Source: Alphaproteobacteria bacterium (GTDB taxonomy: Bacteria > Pseudomonadota > Alphaproteobacteria > Bin95). From it: 64,000 nt of DNA. The stretch lies in NCBI GenBank assembly GCA_964291285.2, contig OZ219789.1, forward strand, positions 384,804-448,803, written 5' to 3'. This document shows positions 31,101-40,688 of the stretch, piece after piece (position 1 is the stretch's first letter; the number at the start of each line of letters is the position of its first letter). A program made the position numbers and the translations under genes. The notes beneath the pieces were generated by a model. The model was given only the letters and a program-made list of their open reading frames with translations. It did no database searches and was not told the origin of the DNA.

Positions 31101-31822
31101 GGACCCGGCAGCACCTGATCGCGCGCCTCGCCTGCCTGAAGTCGCAGGAAGCTGTCGATCTGTGGTCTGCATACAGCTGGTCGCTAGGTCTGGGTCCGGA
31201 CCTCCTGAAAGCCATCAGGGCGCCGTTTCTCGAAATCCTGCGCGACGACAGGCTGAAAGATCGGAGAATGCGCCGACTGAGAGACCTGTTCATGGCAGTC
31301 TGCCTGGATGCACCGGGAGAGCTGACTGAGAGAGAGATTCGCGACGTTGTCGATGAGATGCCCGAACAAGGGCTGGTGACTGTGCTTGACAGCCTGAGGC
31401 GGCGCCTCACCGGGACGCCTGACGAACGGCAGCGGATCTGGGACGAGAAATTGCACCGCTGGCTTTGCAGCTACTGGCCGCGAGAGCAGGGCCGCAATAC
31501 TGCGAAGATCTCGGAAGCGATACTGAAGATGCTTGCGGAGTGCGGCGATGCATTTCCTCAGGCGGCGGAATGGTGGCTGACATATTTGCGGCCCGTGGAA
31601 GGCAGCGGCGGCGTCGGGCAAAGCTTCTTCGTTCTTAACAGGAATGGTTGCGCGAAACAGCATCCGGAGCCATTGCTCAAGGTGCTGAATAAGGTAATCG
31701 ATGTTCTGCCGGACTATAACAAGCCCGGTCTCAAGAAATTGCTCGACGCTATGTGCGCCGGGAATTGCGAAATTTCTCGCGATCTTCGGTTTCAAAAGTT
31801 GTACGGAATCGCCACACAATGA
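28163..31822 (+). CDS. SIR2-domain defence protein, DSR1-like
   Basis: GPDIP...VVFFCGAGVS...LVTTNFD...VHLHG...LVLTAADFGRAYLTERWAARF...FVGYSLDDP; long helical C-terminus with ALNHPAGKLAE. Confidence 0.85.
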   Translation: MQFAMPELIEDGPDIPACLLNGLDDGNVVFFCGAGVSMAEGSDLPNFADLVKHVYAANNVQCDSAEKQAFRRKDWDKVLDLLERECRLGADQLRRTVTKRLSRPPCGDLKLHKALADLSRTERGVRLVTTNFDNRFAEAVERFAEAAEESLTVDVAPRLPIPKRHDWSSLVHLHGIASKEDGSNLVLTAADFGRAYLTERWAARFVTELFREFSVVFVGYSLDDPVMGYMVDALAAERSKGAGFGTAWAFAAMDGSEVGISRARDAWVAKNVEPILYDERDGHRLLADTLIEWARIRSDPLRARSRIAIDEINKMPAGPVVERVVWALQDASAARALAEAPPISNEEDHAKFEKWLDMFAEKGLLRFAADGADRHLVHTGLESVNPGNLDTTRCHLSVWLANHLHVPQLLAWALRNGGHLHPHLRQQVESRLAEQASALPDIPDRLRLLWTVLLGSRPDDPWNGLWFSDRHQAATSPDERRLIEDKVMESIRPRLVVRPGLSMVRQVRLNYENTPQAPQPIDTCGHLELMSACDRVWALFKAILDDREVLSRHAETLTDHLEHALSLGKADGNVCQRSYLYRPSIAPHEQNNDFDNWTRLIDLVQYSYLALVPDESRRARNLLLRWADSDEPLFRRLALHALTENPRADIRLARKLLLGGRNPGLWDFDMRRETMRFLRLAGKRLPRDLRSDIIDAIHAGPKLKKIRESFGSDEGLRKEQALFLYKMDISGVNLNKKSRALAEAIAQKMEEIEGEIDEFLGEVKYERIGIEDYAPKHLLKGSVEDIVVALDTGEIVQGGLRGLAARKPVKVVSALRRLGKQGKWPVRYWREFLWELPEPKYPARLHACAARILAEAPGELFGEAASAVAGFVKQLADAWKTDREAEFDVLWTKSWTGKGEGESEMADQDETLTNALNHPAGKLAEAALTRLSKYEPPAGTGFPPPVRPYFDAMAEDPLGHPGRVLLATRLRPLFAVDPKWTRQHLIARLACLKSQEAVDLWSAYSWSLGLGPDLLKAIRAPFLEILRDDRLKDRRMRRLRDLFMAVCLDAPGELTEREIRDVVDEMPEQGLVTVLDSLRRRLTGTPDERQRIWDEKLHRWLCSYWPREQGRNTAKISEAILKMLAECGDAFPQAAEWWLTYLRPVEGSGGVGQSFFVLNRNGCAKQHPEPLLKVLNKVIDVLPDYNKPGLKKLLDAMCAGNCEISRDLRFQKLYGIATQ

Positions 31823-32023
31823 GGGGGGCGAGCAAGAGCGGCATCGGCGTTTTCTTGCGCCCGGCCGGGATCCGCCATAACCCGCCCGTATCGCCGGGAC
31901 GCCGCGGATCCGGCTCGACGAACTCCTTCCCTGGAACTGGCGGGACAACCGGCAACCCGATCAGGGCTCCTGGCCAAAGACCCCGCCTGAGGGTCCCCGA
32001 TCGGTTCCACGCCCGCCACAAAC

Positions 32024-33373
32024 TCAGATCTCGATACCCTGCGGTCTTCGGCGGATGCTTGCATCCGATCGCTCCAGATCCCCGGTTCTGCCCCAAAGAG
32101 GAACTCGCTCCCTCGCTGGCGCGGTTGGCTTTCCGGGACCCGGGAGCCCGGGCGCTGCGGCCAATACGTCGCCGTGTTCCGCCTTGTCCGGCAGCGGAGG
32201 CACCCCAGTCTTGTACTCCATTGCTCGCGCGATGACGCCCGCGGCCTGCGCGGCGGCGACCCGCAGCGCACCATCGTCGAGATGGGCGTAGATCGCGGTG
32301 GTCTCCCGCTGGCGGTGTCCGAGCAGCCGTCCGACGGTGGTGAGCCCGACGCCGTTCATGACGCCCTGCGAGGCCCAGGTGTGGCGGCAGTCGTGGATGC
32401 GAAGGCCCGGAAGCCCCGCCTCGTCGCGGATACCGCACCAGAAGGTGTAGAGCCTTGCCGATGTGAGGGTCTCGGGGAACACCCGCTCCCGGCCATCCGG
32501 TCGCGGCAGCGCCTCGACCAGCCTTGCCGCTTCGGGTCCGAGCCAGATGGTGCGCGGGCCGGTCTTGGAGTCTTCGATGCGCGCGCTCGCGCCGTCTCCG
32601 CCCAGCTCTCCGATCTCGTCCCACCTGAGGTTGATGACTTCGGAGAGCCGCGCTCCGGTCAGGGTCAGCAGCCGGATGGCCGCCACCGGCCACGGCTGTT
32701 CCTCCCGGTGGCGGTCGAGCACCGCGCCGAGACGCTCCAGCTCTTCGCGGCTGAGATAGCGCGCGACGGGCTTGCGGGGGTTCTTCACGATGTTGGCGCA
32801 GGCATCGGGGACATGCTCGCCGATGTCGCCCCACTGCCGGGCCGTCCCGAGCATGGCGCGGAGTATCTCGAAGGCGCGGTTGGCCGCGCCGGGCCTGTCC
32901 GCGCTGGCGGCGTCGAACCACGCCGAGACGCGGGCATGGTCGATGGCGTCGAGCCTGAGCCTGCCGAAATGCGGCATCAGGCGGCTGTTCATGTAGCTAT
33001 CGAAGGTCTTGAGCGAGGACGGCTTCCAGCGGTGTTTCCGCCGCGAGCGGTAACGGGCGGCGAAGTCCCGGAACAGCGGCGCCTTCTCCTTGCGCGGCGG
33101 CGTCACGTCCTCGCCGCCCCACAGGCGGGCGAGCACGGCCGCGCCTTCCCGGCGGGCTGCGTCGAGAGGCAGTTCGGGGAAGCGCCCGAGGGTGATCTTG
33201 CGCATGCGTCCCCGGACGCGGGTCTGGACGATCCAGGACCGGACGCCGGAGGGCTGTATCCGCACCCCGAAATGCGCCAGCAGATTGTCCCACAGGGTGT
33301 ATTCCCGTTCCGCCGGCTTGGCGGCGGCGACGGCCTTCACGGTGAGCCGGACACGATGCCTGCCGCCGCTCAT
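32024..33373 (-). CDS. Tyrosine integrase with arm-binding domain (pair 2, gene 2)
   Basis: ATG 33373 overlapping the upstream TGA; WDNLLAHFGVRI; TGARLSE, DSKTG, IHDCRH, LGH, IYAH. Confidence 0.92.
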   Translation of the reverse strand: MSGGRHRVRLTVKAVAAAKPAEREYTLWDNLLAHFGVRIQPSGVRSWIVQTRVRGRMRKITLGRFPELPLDAARREGAAVLARLWGGEDVTPPRKEKAPLFRDFAARYRSRRKHRWKPSSLKTFDSYMNSRLMPHFGRLRLDAIDHARVSAWFDAASADRPGAANRAFEILRAMLGTARQWGDIGEHVPDACANIVKNPRKPVARYLSREELERLGAVLDRHREEQPWPVAAIRLLTLTGARLSEVINLRWDEIGELGGDGASARIEDSKTGPRTIWLGPEAARLVEALPRPDGRERVFPETLTSARLYTFWCGIRDEAGLPGLRIHDCRHTWASQGVMNGVGLTTVGRLLGHRQRETTAIYAHLDDGALRVAAAQAAGVIARAMEYKTGVPPLPDKAEHGDVLAAAPGLPGPGKPTAPARERVPLWGRTGDLERSDASIRRRPQGIEI

Positions 33374-34506
33374 CGCCCGCTCTCCTTCCCGGTCATGGCC
33401 TCGTGGACGATGCCGGAGATGCGCCCGGCCGCCTCGCGGACATGCTCGTCGGCGAGATGGGCGTAGCGTTCGGTGGAGGCGGTATCGGCATGGCCGAGCA
33501 GGCGGCCGACGGTGTAGAGGTCGAGGCCGCTCATCACGGCGTGGGAGGCGAAGGTATGCCGGCAGTCGTGGATGCGCACATCGTCCAGCCCGGCGAGACC
33601 GCGCAGCTTCTGCCAGCGCAGGCCGAGGTCGGTCATCGGGCCGTCGCCCTTCCCGTTCGGGAAGACGAAGCGTCCCTCGCGCGGCAGGCCATTCAGGACG
33701 GCCCGCGCGGGCGGGGGAAGCTGGACCGTCTTCGGCCCGGTCTTGGAGTCCGGCAACACCGCGCGGGTGTCCCGTATCCAGTCCCATTGCAGGCCGGCGA
33801 TCTCGGACGACCGGGCGCCGGTGAACAGCAGCAGGCGGATGGCGGCGGCGGCCTGCCGGTCCTCCGCATGGTCGAGGACGAAGCCGAGGCGCTTCAACTC
33901 GTCCAGGGACAGGAACCGCTCGCGCGGCGCCGTCCTGTAGCGCCGCATGTTGCGGCAGGGGTTGGAGCCCTGCGGGCGAAGGTCCCATAGCTCCGCCTGC
34001 CGCATCATCACCGAGAGCACCGGCAGGGTCCGGTTGGCGCTGCCGGGGGTTCCGCTGAGGGAATCGAACCAGCGCCGCACATCGGCGCGGTCGATCTTCG
34101 CGACGGGCATCGCGCCGAAGAAGGGCACGAGGCGGCGCTCGATCAGATGGGCGTTGGCCTTCCTCGTGGAGGATTTCCAGCGCCGCCCCTGGCGGCGCAT
34201 GAAGTCGGCCGCGAAGTCGGCGAACAGCGGCCCGGTCTCGCGGTCGGCTTTGGCTTCGGCGATGGCGGCAATGGCCTTCTCCCTCGCCTCGGCGGCGGTC
34301 ATGTCGTCGGTCGTGCCGAGGATCGCCCTGGGCGCGCCGAACTGGCGTGAGGTCTGGGCGAAGAAGGTCTTCGTCCCGTTCCCGGCGACGGTGAAGCCGA
34401 AGGCGGGCAGGTCCCTGTCGATGACGGTCAGGCCGTATCGTCCGGGTTTCTTCTCCCTGAAGGTGCGGCGGACCGTCCGCTCGTTGACGGGGGCATGGAT
34501 GCGCAT
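33370..34506 (-). CDS. Tyrosine integrase (pair 2, gene 1)
   Basis: GGAG RBS, ATG 34506; DRDLPAFGFTV; TGARSSE, DSKTG, IHDCRH, LGH, RYAH. Confidence 0.92.
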   Translation of the reverse strand: MRIHAPVNERTVRRTFREKKPGRYGLTVIDRDLPAFGFTVAGNGTKTFFAQTSRQFGAPRAILGTTDDMTAAEAREKAIAAIAEAKADRETGPLFADFAADFMRRQGRRWKSSTRKANAHLIERRLVPFFGAMPVAKIDRADVRRWFDSLSGTPGSANRTLPVLSVMMRQAELWDLRPQGSNPCRNMRRYRTAPRERFLSLDELKRLGFVLDHAEDRQAAAAIRLLLFTGARSSEIAGLQWDWIRDTRAVLPDSKTGPKTVQLPPPARAVLNGLPREGRFVFPNGKGDGPMTDLGLRWQKLRGLAGLDDVRIHDCRHTFASHAVMSGLDLYTVGRLLGHADTASTERYAHLADEHVREAAGRISGIVHEAMTGKESGR

Positions 34507-34683
34507 GGGCGTGTCTCCGTTGTCTGTTCCCTCGGGCGCCGTCCGTCCCGGGGGAACGGAACGGCGCTCCTGAACGGACAACGCGACCCGCGCGCGAAAC
34601 CGCGGCCAGAGGCCGGATCAGGCCCAACCGTCTGTCACGCAACGGAAAACTGCCGACCGATGCAGGCTGGCCGGGCCTCGCTC

Positions 34684-34710
34684 CCTGCATCAAGGATGCG
34701 TCGGGTGTGA
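34684..34710 (+). repeat. 27-bp direct repeat copy 2
   Basis: Identical to 3872..3898; about 180 bp upstream of integrase pair 2. Confidence 0.9.
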
Positions 34711-35272
34711 GAACCAACGCGCCGAAGGGCGTTCCAATCGCGCTTCCTGACCGCTCTAACCGTCGGGCGATGAAAGCCGTTGTGCCATCGGCATCCAGCC
34801 GGAGCGGCGCTTGAGCGACAGCGCCCGCCGCGCACTTGCGGAGACAGTCCTGCGAACCGCCGCGCGGCTTCCGAGCGGCACTATAGGAAGCACGAGGTAA
34901 CAGATCAATGCGCGCCGTCCCGTTCAGCGGCAGCGTCATTCGCCCGGTCCGTACCGTTGGCGGCGGTGAGGATTCGACCGGTCCAACCGACATACAGCCG
35001 CTGTTACATAGCAGCCGTCAACAGCAGCGAACCGCGTCGAGCGCGTCACTGCATGACCGCTTCGATGCGGCGGGCACGACGATGCAGGCTGGAGTGCAGA
35101 CTCGACGGCGCCCGATCCGCGTGAACTATCGGATGCCAGCGACCAGGGACGGGATATACCGCATCCGCGTCCACAGTCGACGGGTGTGCTATGCGCTATG
35201 CTGGTCGCGTGAGCGGCATCTCATTATCGGTAGTGGTTGCATGTCGCTCCGTCGTCGGCGACAACAGGCAGC

Positions 35273-37497
35273 ATGGCGGAAACGAACAAGAAACTGACGG
35301 CAGCGGCGGAAACATACTTCGCTGACCTCGGTCGTGTGCACGCCTCGGGCGGCGCTACCGGCGAGCGGTCGAGCTACGGTCCGCTTCACGGACTTTTGAG
35401 TGCCATTGGTGCAGCGCTCAGGCCGAAGGTGCACTGCGTTCAGGAGCCTGCCGACCAAGGCGCGGGGCATCCCGACTTCGCGCTCTATGCGGCGCGCCAG
35501 ATGCAGAAGGGCCGGCTTCGCGAAGGCCAGATACCGGAGTGCGGCGTCGTCGAGGTGAAGGCGGCGGACGACGATGCGTGGTTGACGGCGGCGGGAGATC
35601 AGGTAAGCCGCTACTGGGAGCGCTATCGGCTGGTGCTCGTGACCAACACGCGCGATTTCGTGTTGCTGGGCGAGGACGCCGCCGGCCGGCCGGCGAAACT
35701 CGAGACCTTGCGGCTGGCGGAGAGCGCGGACAACTTCCGGCGCCGGCTGGAACGGCCCCGCGCCTTCGCCCGCGAGGCAGGCGCCGCCTTGGGCGAATAT
35801 CTCGCCCGCGCCCTGTCTCATCGCGCCGCGCTGGCCGAGCCGAAGGATCTGGCGTGGCTGCTCGCCTCCTACGCTCGCGACGGCCTCGCCCGCGTCGAGG
35901 CGGCGGGGGATGCGCCGCAGCTTGCAGCGGTGCGCCAGGCGCTGGAAGAAGCGCTCGGCGTGCGCTTCGAGGGCGAACGCGGCGCGCGTTTCTTCCGGTC
36001 GACGCTGGTGCAGACGCTGTTCTACGGCGTCTTCTCCGCCTGGGTGCTGTGGGCGCGGCAGATCCCGCCGCCTGCCGGGCAGTTCGACTGGCGCACTTCG
36101 GTCTGGCACCTGCGCGCGCCGGTGCTGCGGGCGCTGTTCCAGCAACTGTCGGACCCCGGCCGCCTGCAACCGCTGGGCCTCGTCGAGGTGCTGGACTGGG
36201 CGGCGTCGGCGCTGGGCCGGGTGGACCGCGCCGCCTTCTTCGCCCGCTTCGGCGAGGGCGAGGCGGTGCCCTACTTCTACGAGCCGTTCCTCGAAGCCTT
36301 CGATCCGGCGCTCAGGAAACAGCTCGGCGTCTGGTACACGCCGACGGAAGTGGTGCACTATATGGTGGCGCGGGTAGACCGGGCGCTGAAGGACGATCTC
36401 GGCATCACCGACGGGCTGGCGGCGGAGCATGTCTATGTGCTCGACCCGTGCTGCGGTACCGGAGCCTATCTCGCCGAAGTCCTGCGCCGCATCGCCGCCA
36501 ATCTCGAAGGACAGGGCTTGGGCGCGCTCGCCGGGGCGCGGGTGAAGCGGGCGGCAGTGGAGCGCGTGTTCGGCTTCGAGATCATGCCGGCGCCGTTCGT
36601 GGTGGCGCATCTCCAGGTCGGTCTCACCATGCAGGAACTCGACGCGCCGCTCGCCGACGACACCGAGCGCGCCGGGGTGTTCCTGACCAACGCGTTGACC
36701 GGCTGGGAGCCGCGCACGACCAAGCCGCTGCCGTTCCCGGAACTGGAAGAGGAGCGAGACCGGGCAGAGCGGGTGAAGCAGGACGCGCCGATCCTCGTAA
36801 TCCTCGGCAACCCTCCCTACAACGGCTTTGCCGGCATGGCGGTGGACGAGGAACGGGGACTCTCCGAAGCCTACCGGACGACGCAGCGGGTGCGCCGGCC
36901 TGAGGGGCAGGGTCTGAACGACCTCTATGTACGCTTCTTCCGCATGGCGGAGCGGCGCATCGCAGAGAAGACCGGGCAAGGCGTGGTCTGCTTCATTTCC
37001 AACTATTCTTGGCTCGAAGGCCTCTCCTTCACCGGGATGCGGGAGCGCTATCTGGAGGCGTTCGACGCGGTGCGGGTCGACTGCCTGAACGGCGACAAGT
37101 ACAGGACCGGCAAGGTTGCGCCGGACGGTTCGCCCGACCCCAGCATCTTTTCGACCGAAGGCGACCCGGTCGGCATCCAGGTCGGCACGGCGATAACGAC
37201 GCTGGTACGCAAGGCGGAGCACAGGCCGGCCGAGGCGGTTGCATTCCGGCATTTGTGGGGGCAGGCGAAACCAGCTGACCTGATCGAGACGGCGGATGCA
37301 GAGCCGGATGCGCTTTACGGGAATGTCGAGCCCATCCTGCCGCTCGGTCTGCCGTTCGTGCGGACGGTGGTGAGCGAGGAGTGGTTCGACTGGCCGAGGC
37401 TACCTGACCTGTTCCCGGTCTTTTTTTCCGGCGTCAAGACCAGCCGAAACGGGTTCCTGATCGACACCGATCTGGACCGGCTCCGGGCGCGTATCGG
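35273..37497 (+). pseudogene. Type IIG / ISP-related R-M enzyme truncated by an IS
   Basis: PDFALY...VVEVK nuclease; GVWYTP; LDPCCGTGAYL; LGNPPY; the frame enters the IS inverted repeat at 37498 just after SGVKTSRN, so the specificity domain is mostly missing. Confidence 0.85.
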
Positions 37498-40013
37498 AAA
37501 CTCAGACTTCCTGACCTCTGCTAATTTTGTTTGGCACCGGTGCGCGCGGATTTTGGGGTTATGCCGACCTCGTAGACCATGCGCATACGGTTGCCGGGGA
37601 AGTGCGTTTCGGTGGCGTTGAGTTCGGCCAGAAGAGGCTTGATCTGGCGGTCGCAGGCGTCATTTGCGAGGCCGAGAATGCGGACCCGCAGGACGCCGTT
37701 GGCAGGGTCCGGCAGGATGTCGGCATCGGCGGTGAAGAGTGCCTGAAGCAGTTTCCGTGGGTGGGGCTTGTGGCCCTGCGCCTGCATGACGGGAAGCATC
37801 AAGCGGGTTTCAGCGCGGTAGGCGATCATGCGGATGATGTCGAGTAGGAGGCGCTCGCGTGAGGGCAAGGCATTGAGCTGTCCGGCTTCGTCGAGGTCGC
37901 CGGCCCGGCAGTGCGTGGGCACCTCCCTGCGGCTGGATCTGACAATCTCACGGCCGCCCTCGAGGTCCCTGAGTTCCCTCTTGAGTTCGCCCGTCGGCTG
38001 CTTCCTGTGGGCGGCGTCGGCGATGCGGTTGCGCAGGCGGCCAAGCTGGTGGTCGAGGCGGCGGATTGCCTTGTCGTAGGCCCGCCGCAGCGGGCTGACG
38101 ACCATGGTATCGGCAGCGAGAGGCTCGATCTCGTGGGTCGGCAGGGCGTCGAGATTGAACTCGTCGCGCATGTATTTGAAGAAGTTTTCCTGCGACCAGC
38201 GCGAGAACAAGGCGCCTGCGGCCTCCGCCACCGGCTTGTGCGGATCGGTGGTGACCAGCGGAACCTGACGGCCGTTGTCGAGCAGGCGGCGGATCTGGCG
38301 CACCCTGAAGCCGTTCTTCAACGTCACCGGCTTCTCGGCCAGCAGCATGGTGGCGCTGGCGTTCGCCGCGGGTCCGTGAATGGGAACGATCATCGCACTG
38401 AAGTCCTCGGCCGGCCAGTCCCCGCCCCTGAAGTTCTTGTGCCAGGTCAGGCAGGCAATGCCGCGCCTGGCCAGCCGGCGAAACAGCTCCGGGCTCCAGC
38501 CCTCGCGGTCGAAGACCAGTGTGAGCACGGGCTGGCCGGGCTGCCCGGCGGTCAGGTCCGCTGCCCCGGCGTCGACGATCCCGAGCGCCTGCAACGCCGG
38601 CACCACGTCGGATTCGATCGCGGCGACCATCTTCGGGTCCAGCGGCTTGTGCAGGCACAGCAGGGGCTTGCCGCCCAAGGCGTTGATCCAGTAGCTGGTG
38701 CTCGCCGGCAGGCACAGCTTCTCGCGCGAGACGAAGTGTTTGGGCAGGCGCCCCTTGCGGCCGGCGTAGACCTTGACGTGCCCGTCAACGGCCAGCGTCG
38801 CCCAGAGCTCGGGCTCCTCCTCCTGCCAGCGTCTCGCAAGAGCGAGCTGCCACGCCTGCACGCTGGCTTCGTCGTTGGCCATGAGCCCGATCTTGCGCCG
38901 TAGCGTCTTGACCTCGGGGCAGCGGTCGAGACCGAGAACCGCACCCCATTCGCCCGGTGCCTGGTAGCGCAGGCTCTCGGGGTTGCGCACCCGCGCCAGG
39001 GTCATGAAGGCCAGGAAGAGCAGGATCGTGGGCAGGCCGTAGTAGCCCTTCGACAGCAACGGCAGGAGGCCGGTCTCGCAGAGCAGGCCTTCCTTCAGCA
39101 GGGCCGGCAGGGCGGCGAGAACGCCGCCAAAGCGCACGCCGCGGGCGGCGGCGGTGAACTGCGGTTCGACCGGTCCCGCCTGCCCGCAGCTGGCCAACAC
39201 CCGAGCCCGGACATCGCAAGTCGCGCGCCCCATCGGCGCCTGCCGGTCCCGCCGGTCGCGCGCGCTGCGATCCGTCTGCGCCTCCAGCCCCGCTGCCGTC
39301 GCCGGCCCGGCGGCACCGGCACTCTCGTCATCGACACTGCCCTCGGGCGCCCCACCCGCGTCAGGCGGCACCGCCACTGCCGCGCTGCCGCGCTCCCGAC
39401 ACGCCTCCGCGTTGCCGATCACCCCCTGCCGCCGCCACTTGTTGACCGACGGCGCTGACACGCCGAGAACTCGGGCCACCGCAGAGCCGCTCAGGCCCCC
39501 TTCCAGCAACGCCGTCGCTTTCTCCGCCAGCTCCGGCGTGAACACCGAAGGTCCCCGACCGCGCCGGGGCTTCAGAAACTCCGCTTCGCCCTCGGCCAGG
39601 TAGCGCCGTCGTGCGCGCTGGACCGTTGCACGCGAGACACCGAAAGCGTCGGCCAGATCCTGCCGCGAGACCGCGCTGATCGCAGCCAGGCGGCCGATCC
39701 GCAACAGCATGGCCGCGCGGTCATCGGCGGCGTGGCTGTCAAAGGGAACGAGGTTGGAGAAGTAGGTGAAGCTGTCGTCCGAAATCAGAATGGCGAAACA
39801 ACTGCTGCCGATCGGAACCGCCTCCGGAGGGCTCAGGGGAAGGGTAATCGACATGGTTGAAATCTCGTATCCAGTGTCAAATTAAAATACCCGAACCTGG
39901 ACACGGCAGCCAGCGAAAATCAGCCGAAACAGACGAAAAATGAACCGAACTCAAAAAGTTCCCAGAACGCCGCCCGCAACAAACATCGTCACGAGGTCAG
40001 GAAGTCTGAGTTT
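37498..40013 (-). mobile_element. Unclassified insertion sequence with 21-bp perfect IRs
   Basis: AAACTCAGACTTCCTGACCTC at 37498-37518 and its reverse complement at 39993-40013; no TSD visible. Confidence 0.82.
37521..39854 (-). CDS. Large putative DDE transposase, 777 aa, with two N-terminal HTHs
   Basis: HTHs (RQDLADAFGVSRATVQR; GSAVARVLGVSAPSVNKW); AVDGH, VFDREG, RWSQENFFKY acidic triad; fills the space between the IRs. Confidence 0.82.
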   Translation of the reverse strand: MSITLPLSPPEAVPIGSSCFAILISDDSFTYFSNLVPFDSHAADDRAAMLLRIGRLAAISAVSRQDLADAFGVSRATVQRARRRYLAEGEAEFLKPRRGRGPSVFTPELAEKATALLEGGLSGSAVARVLGVSAPSVNKWRRQGVIGNAEACRERGSAAVAVPPDAGGAPEGSVDDESAGAAGPATAAGLEAQTDRSARDRRDRQAPMGRATCDVRARVLASCGQAGPVEPQFTAAARGVRFGGVLAALPALLKEGLLCETGLLPLLSKGYYGLPTILLFLAFMTLARVRNPESLRYQAPGEWGAVLGLDRCPEVKTLRRKIGLMANDEASVQAWQLALARRWQEEEPELWATLAVDGHVKVYAGRKGRLPKHFVSREKLCLPASTSYWINALGGKPLLCLHKPLDPKMVAAIESDVVPALQALGIVDAGAADLTAGQPGQPVLTLVFDREGWSPELFRRLARRGIACLTWHKNFRGGDWPAEDFSAMIVPIHGPAANASATMLLAEKPVTLKNGFRVRQIRRLLDNGRQVPLVTTDPHKPVAEAAGALFSRWSQENFFKYMRDEFNLDALPTHEIEPLAADTMVVSPLRRAYDKAIRRLDHQLGRLRNRIADAAHRKQPTGELKRELRDLEGGREIVRSSRREVPTHCRAGDLDEAGQLNALPSRERLLLDIIRMIAYRAETRLMLPVMQAQGHKPHPRKLLQALFTADADILPDPANGVLRVRILGLANDACDRQIKPLLAELNATETHFPGNRMRMVYEVGITPKSARTGAKQN

Positions 40014-40451
40014 GCCAGCTGAAGCCGTGTCAGGTACATGTGGTCATTCCCTTGGATGGTCGGTGCTTTCGCGCCAGGTCAGCATCCGCCAAGAGGCGGA
40101 AGTTCCTGACCGTGACTTTATGAAGGTGCATGTGCGGGCCTGTGTGTCGGGCTAGGCGAGGTCGAGTTTCCCTGAAGCTTCGAGAGTACAGTTCCCAGCA
40201 GCCGAAAGCACCATAATCCGGAAGGAACCCAAGTCAGGTGCATAGCACAGACTCCACGCGGCCGCACCTCAGCGGCGCGGACCGCGCCTGCCGTTCGGCG
40301 AGACGCCGCTCGGGCGTACTGCCGCGGGTGTCGGCATCAATGCCCGCCTTCGGCAGGGTGCAGACGTTGTCCAAACCAGCGAAGCCACGCTTGCTCCTGC
40401 GCCCGTCCGGTGTAAAATACACCAGATGGGTTGGGTGAGGAGTCGAAGCTC

Positions 40452-40688
40452 ATGGGTCGGCCAAGGCAGAACAAGCAGACCGCCCGGCTGAGCGTCAGCT
40501 TCGAGAAAGCGGATTATGAGCGGGTTGCCGCGATTGCCGAAGCCAACGATGTATCCACCGCGTGGATCATCCGGCAGGCGGTCACCGCTTATCTGGAGGC
40601 TTACCGGCATTCGGCCCTTCCCTTTGATGCACGGCGCGGGCAAACGCCGGAACGCGCGCCGGTAACCGAAGGAAGGCGGGGCTCGTGA
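40452..40688 (+). CDS. Ribbon-helix-helix (CopG-like) regulator
   Basis: GAGGAG RBS; ARLSVSFEKADYERVAAIAEANDVSTAWIIRQAVTAYL; GTGA overlap with the next gene. Confidence 0.8.
   Translation: MGRPRQNKQTARLSVSFEKADYERVAAIAEANDVSTAWIIRQAVTAYLEAYRHSALPFDARRGQTPERAPVTEGRRGS

Noticed and set aside
32024-34993. 989-aa single integrase ORF
   Set aside because: The N-terminal half is an off-frame read of the upstream integrase; the real start is 33373.
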